IMG/VR virus record: IMGVR_UViG_3300042874_000443
Coordinates: 1 to 64,000 of that record
From: a virus
Direction: 5' to 3' (one strand)
DNA length: 64,000 nucleotides
Part shown: positions 53,735 to 62,276 of the stretch, piece after piece
Position numbering within the stretch: position 1 is the first letter of the stretch
Layout of the letters: each line of letters begins with the position of its first letter
Program-made: the position numbers and the translations under genes
The notes under the pieces: model-generated
Seen by the model: only the letters and a program-made list of their open reading frames with translations
What the model was told of the DNA's origin: nothing
Databases searched by the model: none

Positions 53735-54670
53735 TCAGACGAACGGCAGGTCGATGCGCTGCGTCGCCAGCGTGTTGCCGATACCGATGCCCGGAGCTGC
53801 GTAGCTCCAGAACTCGATGATGTCGGCTTCCTGCTTGATGTACAGGGTTGCGTCCTGCAGCAGGAAGAACACGCCGAGGTAGTTCTGCGGCGCGAACACG
53901 TAGACCGAGCGGCGCGTGCCGCCGGCGACGTCGTCGACGATCTCGCGCTTGATGGTCGAGACCACCGGGATGCCCCACAGCTTCTCCTCGGCCTCGATGC
54001 CGAGGTCGTAGTGGCGCGACGCGACGTCGTTGCCGACGCTGGTCGCCGGCAGGTCGAGCGCCTCGTAGTACGTCGACTTGCTCATCAGCAGCTTGCCGAT
54101 GGGCTGGCGACGGTTGACGAGGCCCTGGAAGCCGAGCTTGAACGCGCTCGAGTTGAACGCACCCGCCGCCGTGATCTGCGCCGGCGCCAACGCGAGGATC
54201 GCGTTGATGGTGTCGGTGAACTTCGTGTCCTCCTGGTCGGCCATGTCCTTGACCGAGTTGTCGGACAGGATCTTGCGGATGTCGTTCTGGTACGTCATCA
54301 GCTCGAACTTGTTCTTGGTGAAGCGCTGCGACTCCGTCTTGCCGAAGTAGACGGAGAAGCGGCGACCACGGAACCACGTACGCTGCGCGGTGCCGTTGAA
54401 CGGCACGAACGTGGCGACGGAGTCGGGCTCCTTCTCGACGATCTTCTTGGGCTGGTCGGTGTTCTCGTCGCGATCGATCTCGTCGTCCGCCAGCATGACT
54501 GGCTCGATGATCTCGCGCGCGAAGGACTCCTGACGGAGCTTCTGGCGGATGAAGGCGGTGCCTTCGGCTTCGGCTTCTTTCGTCCGTCCATCCTCGACCT
54601 TGCGGACGAAGTTGGAGTTGATGAACTGAGCCGAGACCTGCTGGGTCTGTGTCTTGTACGCTGCCGACAT
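53735..54670 (-). CDS. Major capsid protein
   Basis: 311 aa, strongly biased codons, FIRQKLRQESFAREII, DMADQEDTKF, VYVFAPQNYLG, GIGIGN; downstream stem-loop. Confidence 0.75.
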   Translation of the reverse strand: MSAAYKTQTQQVSAQFINSNFVRKVEDGRTKEAEAEGTAFIRQKLRQESFAREIIEPVMLADDEIDRDENTDQPKKIVEKEPDSVATFVPFNGTAQRTWFRGRRFSVYFGKTESQRFTKNKFELMTYQNDIRKILSDNSVKDMADQEDTKFTDTINAILALAPAQITAAGAFNSSAFKLGFQGLVNRRQPIGKLLMSKSTYYEALDLPATSVGNDVASRHYDLGIEAEEKLWGIPVVSTIKREIVDDVAGGTRRSVYVFAPQNYLGVFFLLQDATLYIKQEADIIEFWSYAAPGIGIGNTLATQRIDLPFV

Positions 54671-54698
54671 GGTGTGTGGTTCTCCTTAGTCCGGGGGC

Positions 54699-55163
54699 TC
54701 AGAGGGCTGCGGTATCGCCGCCGGTGTAGAACACGACGATCGTGCCGTCGGTCGCGGTGTTGTCCTGGAGGACCTCACCGATGATCTGGTTGGTGGCGAC
54801 AGCGACCTGCCACTTGCCGGCGCTGAACGTCAGCTTGGTGCCCGGTGTGTAGACGCCCGCGTTGAAGTTCGACGGGTCGAGCTTGAACTCCGCGTTCATG
54901 CGGAGGCCGACGACCTTGTGGACGAACTGCGAGGAGAAGTCGTCGTTGCCGGCGACCACGATCCACGTTGAGACCGGGTTGGTCGTCGCGCGGTTCGGGG
55001 TCGTCGCTGCGACGGCCTTGCCCGTGGCATTGACCGTGACGACCGTGCCCATGGGCAGGAGGTCATCCACGTTGGGTACGGTCTGGTTGATGATGAAGGA
55101 TTCGTCGATTGCGCCTTCACGTGGCCAACCGCGCAGAACGTCGAACTTGCTGTTCAGGATCAT
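54699..55163 (-). CDS. Capsid decoration/cement protein
   Basis: Directly upstream of MCP; YTPGTKLT...IIGEV pattern. Confidence 0.55.
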   Translation of the reverse strand: MILNSKFDVLRGWPREGAIDESFIINQTVPNVDDLLPMGTVVTVNATGKAVAATTPNRATTNPVSTWIVVAGNDDFSSQFVHKVVGLRMNAEFKLDPSNFNAGVYTPGTKLTFSAGKWQVAVATNQIIGEVLQDNTATDGTIVVFYTGGDTAAL

Positions 55164-55187
55164 GTGAGTCTGCCTCCGGGAAGTGCG

Positions 55188-55541
55188 CTACGAGATGATG
55201 AACTTGAGAAACCGCTCGTCTGCAGCGTCCGCTGCTTCCTTCACGGTCTGAGGTTGGTGGTCTGCTTCCGTCGTCGCACCTGCGCCGAGCGGAGTCACGA
55301 TACCGGCTTGCTTGGACAGCAGGTCTTCGACCACATCGAGGGATGCGTCGTCGGCCTTGGCCAGCTTCTGACGGACGATGTCCGGCAGTTCTTCGCCGTG
55401 CGTCGCGACGTGCACCGCCGCGATCTTGTCGAGACGCACCTGGCGTGCGGCTGCGACGGACGAAGTCTTCTCGCTTTCGACCTGGTCGACATAGTCGGCC
55501 ATGGCGTCGAATACAGCGGCGAGCTTGGCGTGTTCAACCAC
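55188..55541 (-). CDS. Scaffold-like head protein
   Basis: Helical; EKTS, KIA, KLA, KQA, KEA; ADERFLKFIIS C-terminus. Confidence 0.55.
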   Translation of the reverse strand: MVEHAKLAAVFDAMADYVDQVESEKTSSVAAARQVRLDKIAAVHVATHGEELPDIVRQKLAKADDASLDVVEDLLSKQAGIVTPLGAGATTEADHQPQTVKEAADAADERFLKFIIS

Positions 55542-55689
55542 GAATGCCTCCGAGCTTGGAGCGGAGTGTTCCGAAGCCGGCCGCCGCGACGAGTACGGCT
55601 GCCGCCTTCTCCTTGCGGATCTCGGCGTGCTTCGCGCCCTGCGTACGCAGGTCGCTGGCGATCGAGCGGAGCATCTCGGAGTCCTTCAT
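55534..55689 (-). CDS. Small head protein (51 aa; not in ORF track)
   Basis: MKDSEMLRSIASDLR...EKAAAVLVAAAG. Confidence 0.55.
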   Translation of the reverse strand: MKDSEMLRSIASDLRTQGAKHAEIRKEKAAAVLVAAAGFGTLRSKLGGIRG

Positions 55690-55901
55690 GGCGTCCCCAT
55701 GAGATCATCGTACGACACATCGTTCGACGCCGTGCGAATCTCGTTGGCGAGTGCGCGCAGGCCGCGCGCCATCTCGGTCTTGGGTTGTGCGGCCGCGACC
55801 TTGATCGCCGTCGCTTCGGCGGTCTTGCGATGTGTTGCTTCGTTCGCTGCGGCGAGAACCTCGTCCACGACCAGCGACAGGTGTTGCTGCGCGCGGCTCA
55901 C
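55686..55901 (-). CDS. Small head protein
   Basis: KTA, KVA; coupled. Confidence 0.6.
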   Translation of the reverse strand: MSRAQQHLSLVVDEVLAAANEATHRKTAEATAIKVAAAQPKTEMARGLRALANEIRTASNDVSYDDLMGTP

Positions 55902-56173
55902 GGCATGCCTCGATGCGTGTACGAGTGGAGCGCATCAATGATCTGCGGTCCGGCCATGCCGGTCGCCATGCCCGCGCCGAAGGAGGTGTTGCGCGCGCGC
56001 TCGCGCTCTTTTTCGTCGTGCGCATGCGTGAGCAGCGCACCGAGACCGGCGCCGCCAAGCGCACCGGCTCCACCCGCGAGCAGCGCTTTGACGAGCGCTG
56101 GGTTCTCGGCGGTCTTCGTCTCGGCCGCCTGCTTGAGGCGACCGACGACGTCGATGTGGACGAGGTTGGACAT
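55898..56173 (-). CDS. Glycine-zipper head protein
   Basis: KQA, KTA; AGGAGALGGAGLG. Confidence 0.6.
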   Translation of the reverse strand: MSNLVHIDVVGRLKQAAETKTAENPALVKALLAGGAGALGGAGLGALLTHAHDEKERERARNTSFGAGMATGMAGPQIIDALHSYTHRGMP

Positions 56174-56178
56174 GTGGT

Positions 56179-56763
56179 TCAGCGCGCGCTCTCGATGATC
56201 GCGAGCGTGTCCTTGAAGCCGCTGACGAAGGACTCGCTCGCGGCCTTGTGGATCTGCTCGACGGTGTCGTTCCAGCCCTTGGCGTATGCCGCCTCGGCGA
56301 GCTTCTCGAGCTGCTGCGTGGTGGCAGAGAAGCCCAGCTCCGCGGCCTCCTTGACCAGTTCGGGGTTCTCGGCAGCGAACTTCTCGAAGTCCGATGTCCC
56401 CCCTGCAACTGCGGCGGTCTTGGTGGGCTGCGTGGCGGCGACCTTTGCGGCTGCCTCCTGGTACTGCGCACCGCGCGCCATGAAGCCGTCCATCACAGCG
56501 GCGCCGTAGAGCTGCGCCTCCTTGACGAGTGCTTCGTGCTCGGCCTTGCTCAGGTCGGCGGCGATCTTGGTGAGGTCCTCGACCGGCGAGGCTTGGCTCG
56601 CGGTCTTGGCTTGTGGCGCCGTGGCTTCCTTGAGCGCCTGCTTGAGGCGTTCGCCGGCGTCGCTCGATGGAGACGACGATCCCGACGGCGTGGCTGCGGG
56701 CGCCGCAGCGCTCGCGGTCTTTTCGCCGCCTTTGATCATCCCGAGTGCGTCTGAGAGCTTCAT
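56179..56763 (-). CDS. Scaffolding-like protein
   Basis: Ala/Glu helical with about 10 K-x-A sites; own promoter (TATCAT). Confidence 0.6.
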   Translation of the reverse strand: MKLSDALGMIKGGEKTASAAAPAATPSGSSSPSSDAGERLKQALKEATAPQAKTASQASPVEDLTKIAADLSKAEHEALVKEAQLYGAAVMDGFMARGAQYQEAAAKVAATQPTKTAAVAGGTSDFEKFAAENPELVKEAAELGFSATTQQLEKLAEAAYAKGWNDTVEQIHKAASESFVSGFKDTLAIIESAR

Positions 56764-56821
56764 GGGTTGCCGTCTCCAGTTACGGTGAAAATGATAGGGG
56801 GCTGTTCACTGAAAAACAAAC

Positions 56822-58564
56822 TCAAGTCAACACGATGGCTCCGAGCGCTTCGGCGACCCCATCCAGGCTCGCTGCTGACGCCACCTTGATACTCGAAAAG
56901 TCACACGAGTGCGTCGTCGGTAACGCGCATTCGATGAGATGCACGATCGACGCTTGGGACGCCGATTTGGCCACCATCTCCGTGATGTCGGGGATGTCGT
57001 AGCCCTCGTCCGTACGCATCGTTCCACCCGGGCGCTTGCCGAGTGTGGCCATACCGAGCGCTCCTGCACCGATTGCAAGAGGTGTCTTGAATCGACGCAT
57101 CCAAGGGAATGCGGTGAGCGCTTTGTATCCGCCCAATAGTAGACCAGTACCACCGAGCACCTTGCCGATATGCGCACGTGTCACGGCGTCTTGCGCATCG
57201 ATCGCTGCACCGCGTGTCGTTTCGTATGGCCCCATGTGTAGCACGTCTGTCGTGGGCGCTGCATCAGGACGGAGCCCAGCACCTTCGGGAACGAGACGGC
57301 GGTAGAGCATCTCGCCGACGTACGCACGCTTCTCGTTGACGCGCCCGAAGTAGCCGTGCAGCTCTTTGGCGATCTTCGAAGACTCGAGCGCGCCCCCGTC
57401 GATCACTTCGTCGAGAAGCTCTGGACGTTCCGCGAAAAGTCCTAGCGACCAACGTGCGGCGGCCGCCACCTTCGCGACCATCACAGTGGTTGGCGCGAGC
57501 GCGACACCCGCGAGCTTGCTCATCGCGAGCGGAACAAACTCCGCGTCTTTGAGCACGACGCCGTACGCGGCTGCCGCACTGAGCACCTCACCCAGAGGCC
57601 ATGCGCGCAATGCGTTGACGTCGATGCTCGCGGCCTTCGCGAGGCTTGGGCCGGCGTGGTCACGGAACTTCACGATGAACGACTTCTCGTCCGGTGTGAG
57701 CGTGCTCGACGCCAGAGGCTCCGCACGGATCACCTTGTCGATGTCCGAGAGCTTCTGCGTGGCTCCGCTCTTGAGCGTGAGGCGCTCGGTGACTTCACCG
57801 AGATCGGCCGACAGGCGAACCGTTGCAACATCCGCGACCTTCTTGAGTGTGTAGCCGGTGCGGTCCGCGGGACGGAACACACGGCTGATGTCGAAGAAGT
57901 CGGGCGACGGGTTGTGGACGTAGTCCTTGAACCCGTGCTCGTCGACAACGTTCATCGCGAACTTCACGTGGTCGCAGTAGTCCGCACGGGTCGGCGCTTC
58001 GTTGCCACAGCGTGCGCACACGTCGCGCTTGATGCGGCAGCCCATGCTGACAGGTACGAACTCGCCATCGCTCGCACGCTTGACCCACTCGGGGTCCTTG
58101 TCGTTGTCGACCGAGACGAGAAGCTCCACGCGGTGCATGCGCGGGTTCCAGAACGCCTTCTTCACCACACCCGATGCTTTCGACGGGTCGCGGTTCGCGT
58201 GGTGCTTGAACGCGTGGGCGGGGTTCTTCTCGAACGAGGCGTAGTGCTCGGTCAGCTCTTCGCCGGGCGGTACGAACCACCGGCGATTGATCGACGCGAT
58301 CTTGCCTCGTGCGGGAACCGGGAATTCAGGGAAGCCGTCGCCGTTGCGGTTCGGGCCGTACGTCTCTTCGGCGCCGAGTGCGTTGAGCAGCATCGCCGTC
58401 TTGCCGGGCTCGGGCGCGACGTGCTTGATGTAGTCGAGAGCCTCGGAGGCGTACTTCGAGACGCGGCTCGTGTCGACGCTGCGGCCGCTGTTCCACGGCA
58501 GGATGATCTGGACCGTGGGTTCTCCGGTCGCGAAGTAGTCGTCCAGCTCGATGATCTTCTTCAC
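56822..58564 (-). CDS. Putative prohead maturation protease / head assembly protein
   Basis: GPNRNGDGF, FKHH, VSMGC..DVCARCGN..YCDH, FFDISRV.RPAD; position before scaffold and MCP. Confidence 0.6.
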   Translation of the reverse strand: MKKIIELDDYFATGEPTVQIILPWNSGRSVDTSRVSKYASEALDYIKHVAPEPGKTAMLLNALGAEETYGPNRNGDGFPEFPVPARGKIASINRRWFVPPGEELTEHYASFEKNPAHAFKHHANRDPSKASGVVKKAFWNPRMHRVELLVSVDNDKDPEWVKRASDGEFVPVSMGCRIKRDVCARCGNEAPTRADYCDHVKFAMNVVDEHGFKDYVHNPSPDFFDISRVFRPADRTGYTLKKVADVATVRLSADLGEVTERLTLKSGATQKLSDIDKVIRAEPLASSTLTPDEKSFIVKFRDHAGPSLAKAASIDVNALRAWPLGEVLSAAAAYGVVLKDAEFVPLAMSKLAGVALAPTTVMVAKVAAAARWSLGLFAERPELLDEVIDGGALESSKIAKELHGYFGRVNEKRAYVGEMLYRRLVPEGAGLRPDAAPTTDVLHMGPYETTRGAAIDAQDAVTRAHIGKVLGGTGLLLGGYKALTAFPWMRRFKTPLAIGAGALGMATLGKRPGGTMRTDEGYDIPDITEMVAKSASQASIVHLIECALPTTHSCDFSSIKVASAASLDGVAEALGAIVLT

Positions 58565-59121
58565 GGTAGAAGGCCTCGCAACAGGCGCGAAGCTTCACCG
58601 CGGTGGATGATGAGACGAACGAGCGCCGCGTGTTTGGCGTCCGGGTCCGTCAGCTCGTGACACGCAGCCTCGAGTACGTCGTCAACCAGGATCGCAGCTG
58701 CGATCTTGTCGGGCGTCATCTCTTCTGGGGCCGGAGGCAGCGTCGTCGGGGCGCTCGAAGCGATCGGATGCGGTGCACGTTTGAACGCGTTTCCGAGCGC
58801 TTCCATACCGCCGACACCCGCAGCTGTCAGAAGTGCCTGGTTGCGCGCGTCGCGCAAGACGTCCGCGCTGTGTCGCTGCGCGTCTCCCAAGAACATGTGG
58901 CCTGCGGCGAGAGCGGGAACGCCGAGACCGACGCCCCAGCCGAGACCGCGTTGCAGTGCGCTGATGGCCGCGGGGTCGATCGCGGCTTGCTTGAACAAGC
59001 CGAACGCAGCGAAGTCGGCCATCGCGAGCTTCTCGCGCAGCGCCTGCGACGCAGGACGTGCCGACGCCACCTTCTCGGCGAGAAGGACGGACGTGGCGAG
59101 AGTCTTGGCGAGGGTCGACAT
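58561..59121 (-). CDS. Head protein with hydrophobic helices
   Basis: EKVA, EKLA, FKQA, DKIA, KHA. Confidence 0.55.
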   Translation of the reverse strand: MSTLAKTLATSVLLAEKVASARPASQALREKLAMADFAAFGLFKQAAIDPAAISALQRGLGWGVGLGVPALAAGHMFLGDAQRHSADVLRDARNQALLTAAGVGGMEALGNAFKRAPHPIASSAPTTLPPAPEEMTPDKIAAAILVDDVLEAACHELTDPDAKHAALVRLIIHRGEASRLLRGLLP

Positions 59122-59123
59122 GA

Positions 59124-59570
59124 TCAGCGAAGTGCTTGCGCAACTCCCTGGCTCAGTTCAGGCGGCAGACCATGGAGACTGGTGCCGACGCCTGTTAGGC
59201 CGCCGAGCAACGCGCCCAGTACGCCCGCAGGAAGCGCGCTTTGCTGTTGCTGGTAGGGGTCGTTCGACATGAGCTTGGGTGCCATTCCGATGCCCGCACC
59301 GACGGCGGCAGGCATTGCAGCCCGACGCAAGAGTGCCATGAGCGCAGGGCTCTCGGCGATCTTCTCGTTGGTCAGCGTGGCGTAGGCCGCGATGCCGTCA
59401 GCGATCGAGCGTGCTTCCTTGCGACGCATGAAAGCCTTCATGGCGATCGTTCCGACGGCTTCTTTGATCGTCAGCTCGGGAAGTCCGAGCATTGCGCCGG
59501 CGATCTTGTGGAGACCTTGTGCGGCGACAGCGGCTGTGACGTGCGAGGGGATGAGGTCGTCGAGGTTCAT
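59124..59570 (-). CDS. Head protein with glycine zipper
   Basis: HKIA, IKEA, EKIA; GVLGALLGGLTG. Confidence 0.55.
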   Translation of the reverse strand: MNLDDLIPSHVTAAVAAQGLHKIAGAMLGLPELTIKEAVGTIAMKAFMRRKEARSIADGIAAYATLTNEKIAESPALMALLRRAAMPAAVGAGIGMAPKLMSNDPYQQQQSALPAGVLGALLGGLTGVGTSLHGLPPELSQGVAQALR

Positions 59571-59572
59571 GG

Positions 59573-60670
59573 CTATCCTTCGGCACGTGTCCAACGCGCC
59601 CAACCCGGGCCAGCTTCCACCGTACCGCCATCACTGGGATAGCGATAAGTGGGTTCATATGGATTGATGGGTCCGGCGGAAGCGGATGGTGTCGCCAAGC
59701 GTTGATGCAGGGCACCACCAAGCCCTCCGACCGCAGCACCGCCAAGCGCCCCGCGCATGGCACCGTGCATCCGGTCGTCAGGGTTGGCCAGCGCTCCGCT
59801 GACTGCACCCACGCCCCCGCCCATCAAAGCTCCGCGTCCGAGCGCCGGCAGTAGTTCTTCGATACCTGCACGCTTGTCTCCACCGCCTGTGACGGCGCGC
59901 TCGGAGTCGGCGAGCAGCTTGATCGACATGTAGTCCGGGCCCGAGCCGGACATGACAGCCTGGCGAAGGAACGAGCGTACCGCGTTCTTGTCGGTGGAGA
60001 GCACCGGCGCGAAGCGGGTCATCGTGTGATAGGCCTCCATCAACGTCGCGTCGTCGGCGCTCGCGAGGACCGAGTCGGTCTTCTTGAGGTCGCCGATGAT
60101 CGCTTCGCGCGCGGACGCATCGCCGGCGTGTCCTGCGGCCTCCATCGCTTTGTTCGCGATGTCGCGCAGGAGACCGACGCTGGATTTGCCGATCTCCGTG
60201 CCTGCTGCCTCGATCGCCTTTCGGCCGCCGAGGCTGAACGGGTCCTGGCGCTGTCCGAACTCTTGGCCGAACAGTTTCTTCTCGACGAGTTTGGAGAGCC
60301 CCGAAGCGACACCGCCTGCAGGGGCGCCGCCGATGGCGCCGAGGCCGCCCATCACACCACTGCCGAACGACTTGGCGGGCCCTGACTGCCCCGCGCTTTG
60401 TGCGCCCGAGCGCGCGCGGCTGAACAGCGCGTAGAGTGGATTGTATGGCGTCATCGCGCCCGAGGGCGGCTGCGGCGCTGCCCCCGTCTTGAACGTTCGG
60501 TCTCCCTGGTTGAGCGCATGCTCGGTCGAACGCGACCGCTCCAACGCCTTGTGGACGATTCCGGGGATCATCATGCCGACCGCGAGGGGCAGCATGACGC
60601 CCGCGCGCTTCTCGACATGTCGACGCATGCCTTCGCGCGCGACCAGTTCGAGGACATCGCTCAGCTGCAC
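59573..60670 (-). CDS. Head/ejection-like protein with glycine zippers
   Basis: GAGGA RBS plus GTG; MQLSDVLELV...EKRA; AYHTMTRFAPVLSTDKNAVRSFLRQ. Confidence 0.6.
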   Translation of the reverse strand: MQLSDVLELVAREGMRRHVEKRAGVMLPLAVGMMIPGIVHKALERSRSTEHALNQGDRTFKTGAAPQPPSGAMTPYNPLYALFSRARSGAQSAGQSGPAKSFGSGVMGGLGAIGGAPAGGVASGLSKLVEKKLFGQEFGQRQDPFSLGGRKAIEAAGTEIGKSSVGLLRDIANKAMEAAGHAGDASAREAIIGDLKKTDSVLASADDATLMEAYHTMTRFAPVLSTDKNAVRSFLRQAVMSGSGPDYMSIKLLADSERAVTGGGDKRAGIEELLPALGRGALMGGGVGAVSGALANPDDRMHGAMRGALGGAAVGGLGGALHQRLATPSASAGPINPYEPTYRYPSDGGTVEAGPGWARWTRAEG

Positions 60671-61605
60671 TGCGTCCTCGCGTAGGCGGCGCCGTTCTTG
60701 AGACGCATCGCTTCCTTCGCGATCTTCACCATCGTGGCGAAGACACGGTTGGTCTCGGTGTCGTCTACGAGGTGTCGGTCGGCGAGTGTGGCCGTCTTGG
60801 TTGCAGCGTCGTCGAACGAGAGCTGTGGGAGGTTTCGCGCAGCCTTGACCATGTTCAGCACGACGATGCCGACCTGGTCGTTGTGTAGCGCGAGCGCGTC
60901 TTTCTCGAACGCGTCGGGCGACGGTGCGCCGTGCGCGCGGTTGAGGTGCTGCTGCAGGTTGGCGAAGGCGTCTTCGAACGCCCACTCGGCCTGCTTGTAC
61001 TGGTCCTCGAGCACGTCGGCGAGCTTGTTCATGCGGCGCGAGCGGAACGCAGCTTCCTTGGGCTCGTCCTTTTCAGGAGGCTTCGGCGGCGCCTTCTTCT
61101 TCGGCTTGTCCGCGTCGTCCTTGGCCTTCTGTTTCTCGCCCTTGGGGAACGGCCCGTCGTTGTCGTCATCGTCATCGTGGACGTGGACTTCGGGATCGTC
61201 ACCGTGGACGTGAACGTTCTGGTCTGCGCCGCCGTGCATCTCGTCGGGCAGGGGACCTTCATCACCGTCGGGCTCGGTGTGCGGCATTCCGCCAGGCATC
61301 GCGCCCGCTCCTGCGTCCATGTGCGGGACGTCGGTCTGTCCGACGATCTGCTGCATGATCTGGCGCGGGTCGATCGGGTCGAACTCGTGCGTCATGTCGG
61401 CGCCGCCCTGCGCCTTCTGTTGATCCATCAGACGCAGGAACGCCATCGTGTTGGCGGACTGCACGAGGCGCGCGATCTGGTCGGGGTTCAGCTCGCCGCC
61501 CATGGCTTCGGCCGTCGCCGCGTCTGCGAGCTTGTCACCGTGCATGAAGCGATCGACGACGCGTTCCGCCATCTGATCGAAGTCTTGCTCTCGAAATGCG
61601 CGCAT
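60661..61605 (-). CDS. Head assembly protein
   Basis: LNPDQIARLVQSANT; acidic/Pro low-complexity centre; KEA, KLA, KTA. Confidence 0.6.
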   Translation of the reverse strand: MRAFREQDFDQMAERVVDRFMHGDKLADAATAEAMGGELNPDQIARLVQSANTMAFLRLMDQQKAQGGADMTHEFDPIDPRQIMQQIVGQTDVPHMDAGAGAMPGGMPHTEPDGDEGPLPDEMHGGADQNVHVHGDDPEVHVHDDDDDNDGPFPKGEKQKAKDDADKPKKKAPPKPPEKDEPKEAAFRSRRMNKLADVLEDQYKQAEWAFEDAFANLQQHLNRAHGAPSPDAFEKDALALHNDQVGIVVLNMVKAARNLPQLSFDDAATKTATLADRHLVDDTETNRVFATMVKIAKEAMRLKNGAAYARTQCS

Positions 61606-62276
61606 CAGTGAAGAATCTCCCCATGGGGCACGACGTCTTCTGCGTGCCACGTCATCTCACGGTGCTTCAACTTGAGCAACGTTTCGGCCACGCTGGGGAT
61701 GGTCCGCTTGGCGGCTGCACCGGCCGCGCTCGTTGCAGTCTTCATCAGCTGGTGCGCGGCGACAGCGTCGGCGCTCGCGATGTTCGATGCGCGCAGCGTA
61801 CTCAGGCCACGGAAGTACGTCTCACGCATGACCTGCTGGTTGACGTGGTCAGGCTCGAGCTTGGAGGGCAGGCCGCACAGGTGCGCGATTGCTTCGACGC
61901 CGTCGAAGTGCAGCGCGCGTTCGAGCAAGAGCTTGCCCGCGTGCGTGCCTTTGTACTGGTGCACCCAGCGCATCATCTCCAGCTTGTCACGGAACATGAA
62001 GAGGTTGCAGCAGAGATGACGGTAGGGCGCGAGGACTTCGAGCGGGAAGCCCAGACGCTCGCTGATAGCGTTGTCCGATGCGCCCGCGATGATCCACGCC
62101 TGAAGCAGCTCGCGCTCGAAGGTGTCTTCGTACGCGTCGACCACACGGATGATCGTATCGCCTCCGATGTTGGCGTGCCGGAGCTGCCACAGCGCGGCCT
62201 CGAATGACTGCGCGGGCGCATCGGCTGCAAGCAGCGCTGCGCGATAGCGGTCGTCTGGCTGGCGCTCACGTCGCAT
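61605..62276 (-). CDS. Hypothetical protein in head cluster
   Basis: Coupled ORF with HTH-like segment. Confidence 0.6.
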   Translation of the reverse strand: MRRERQPDDRYRAALLAADAPAQSFEAALWQLRHANIGGDTIIRVVDAYEDTFERELLQAWIIAGASDNAISERLGFPLEVLAPYRHLCCNLFMFRDKLEMMRWVHQYKGTHAGKLLLERALHFDGVEAIAHLCGLPSKLEPDHVNQQVMRETYFRGLSTLRASNIASADAVAAHQLMKTATSAAGAAAKRTIPSVAETLLKLKHREMTWHAEDVVPHGEILH

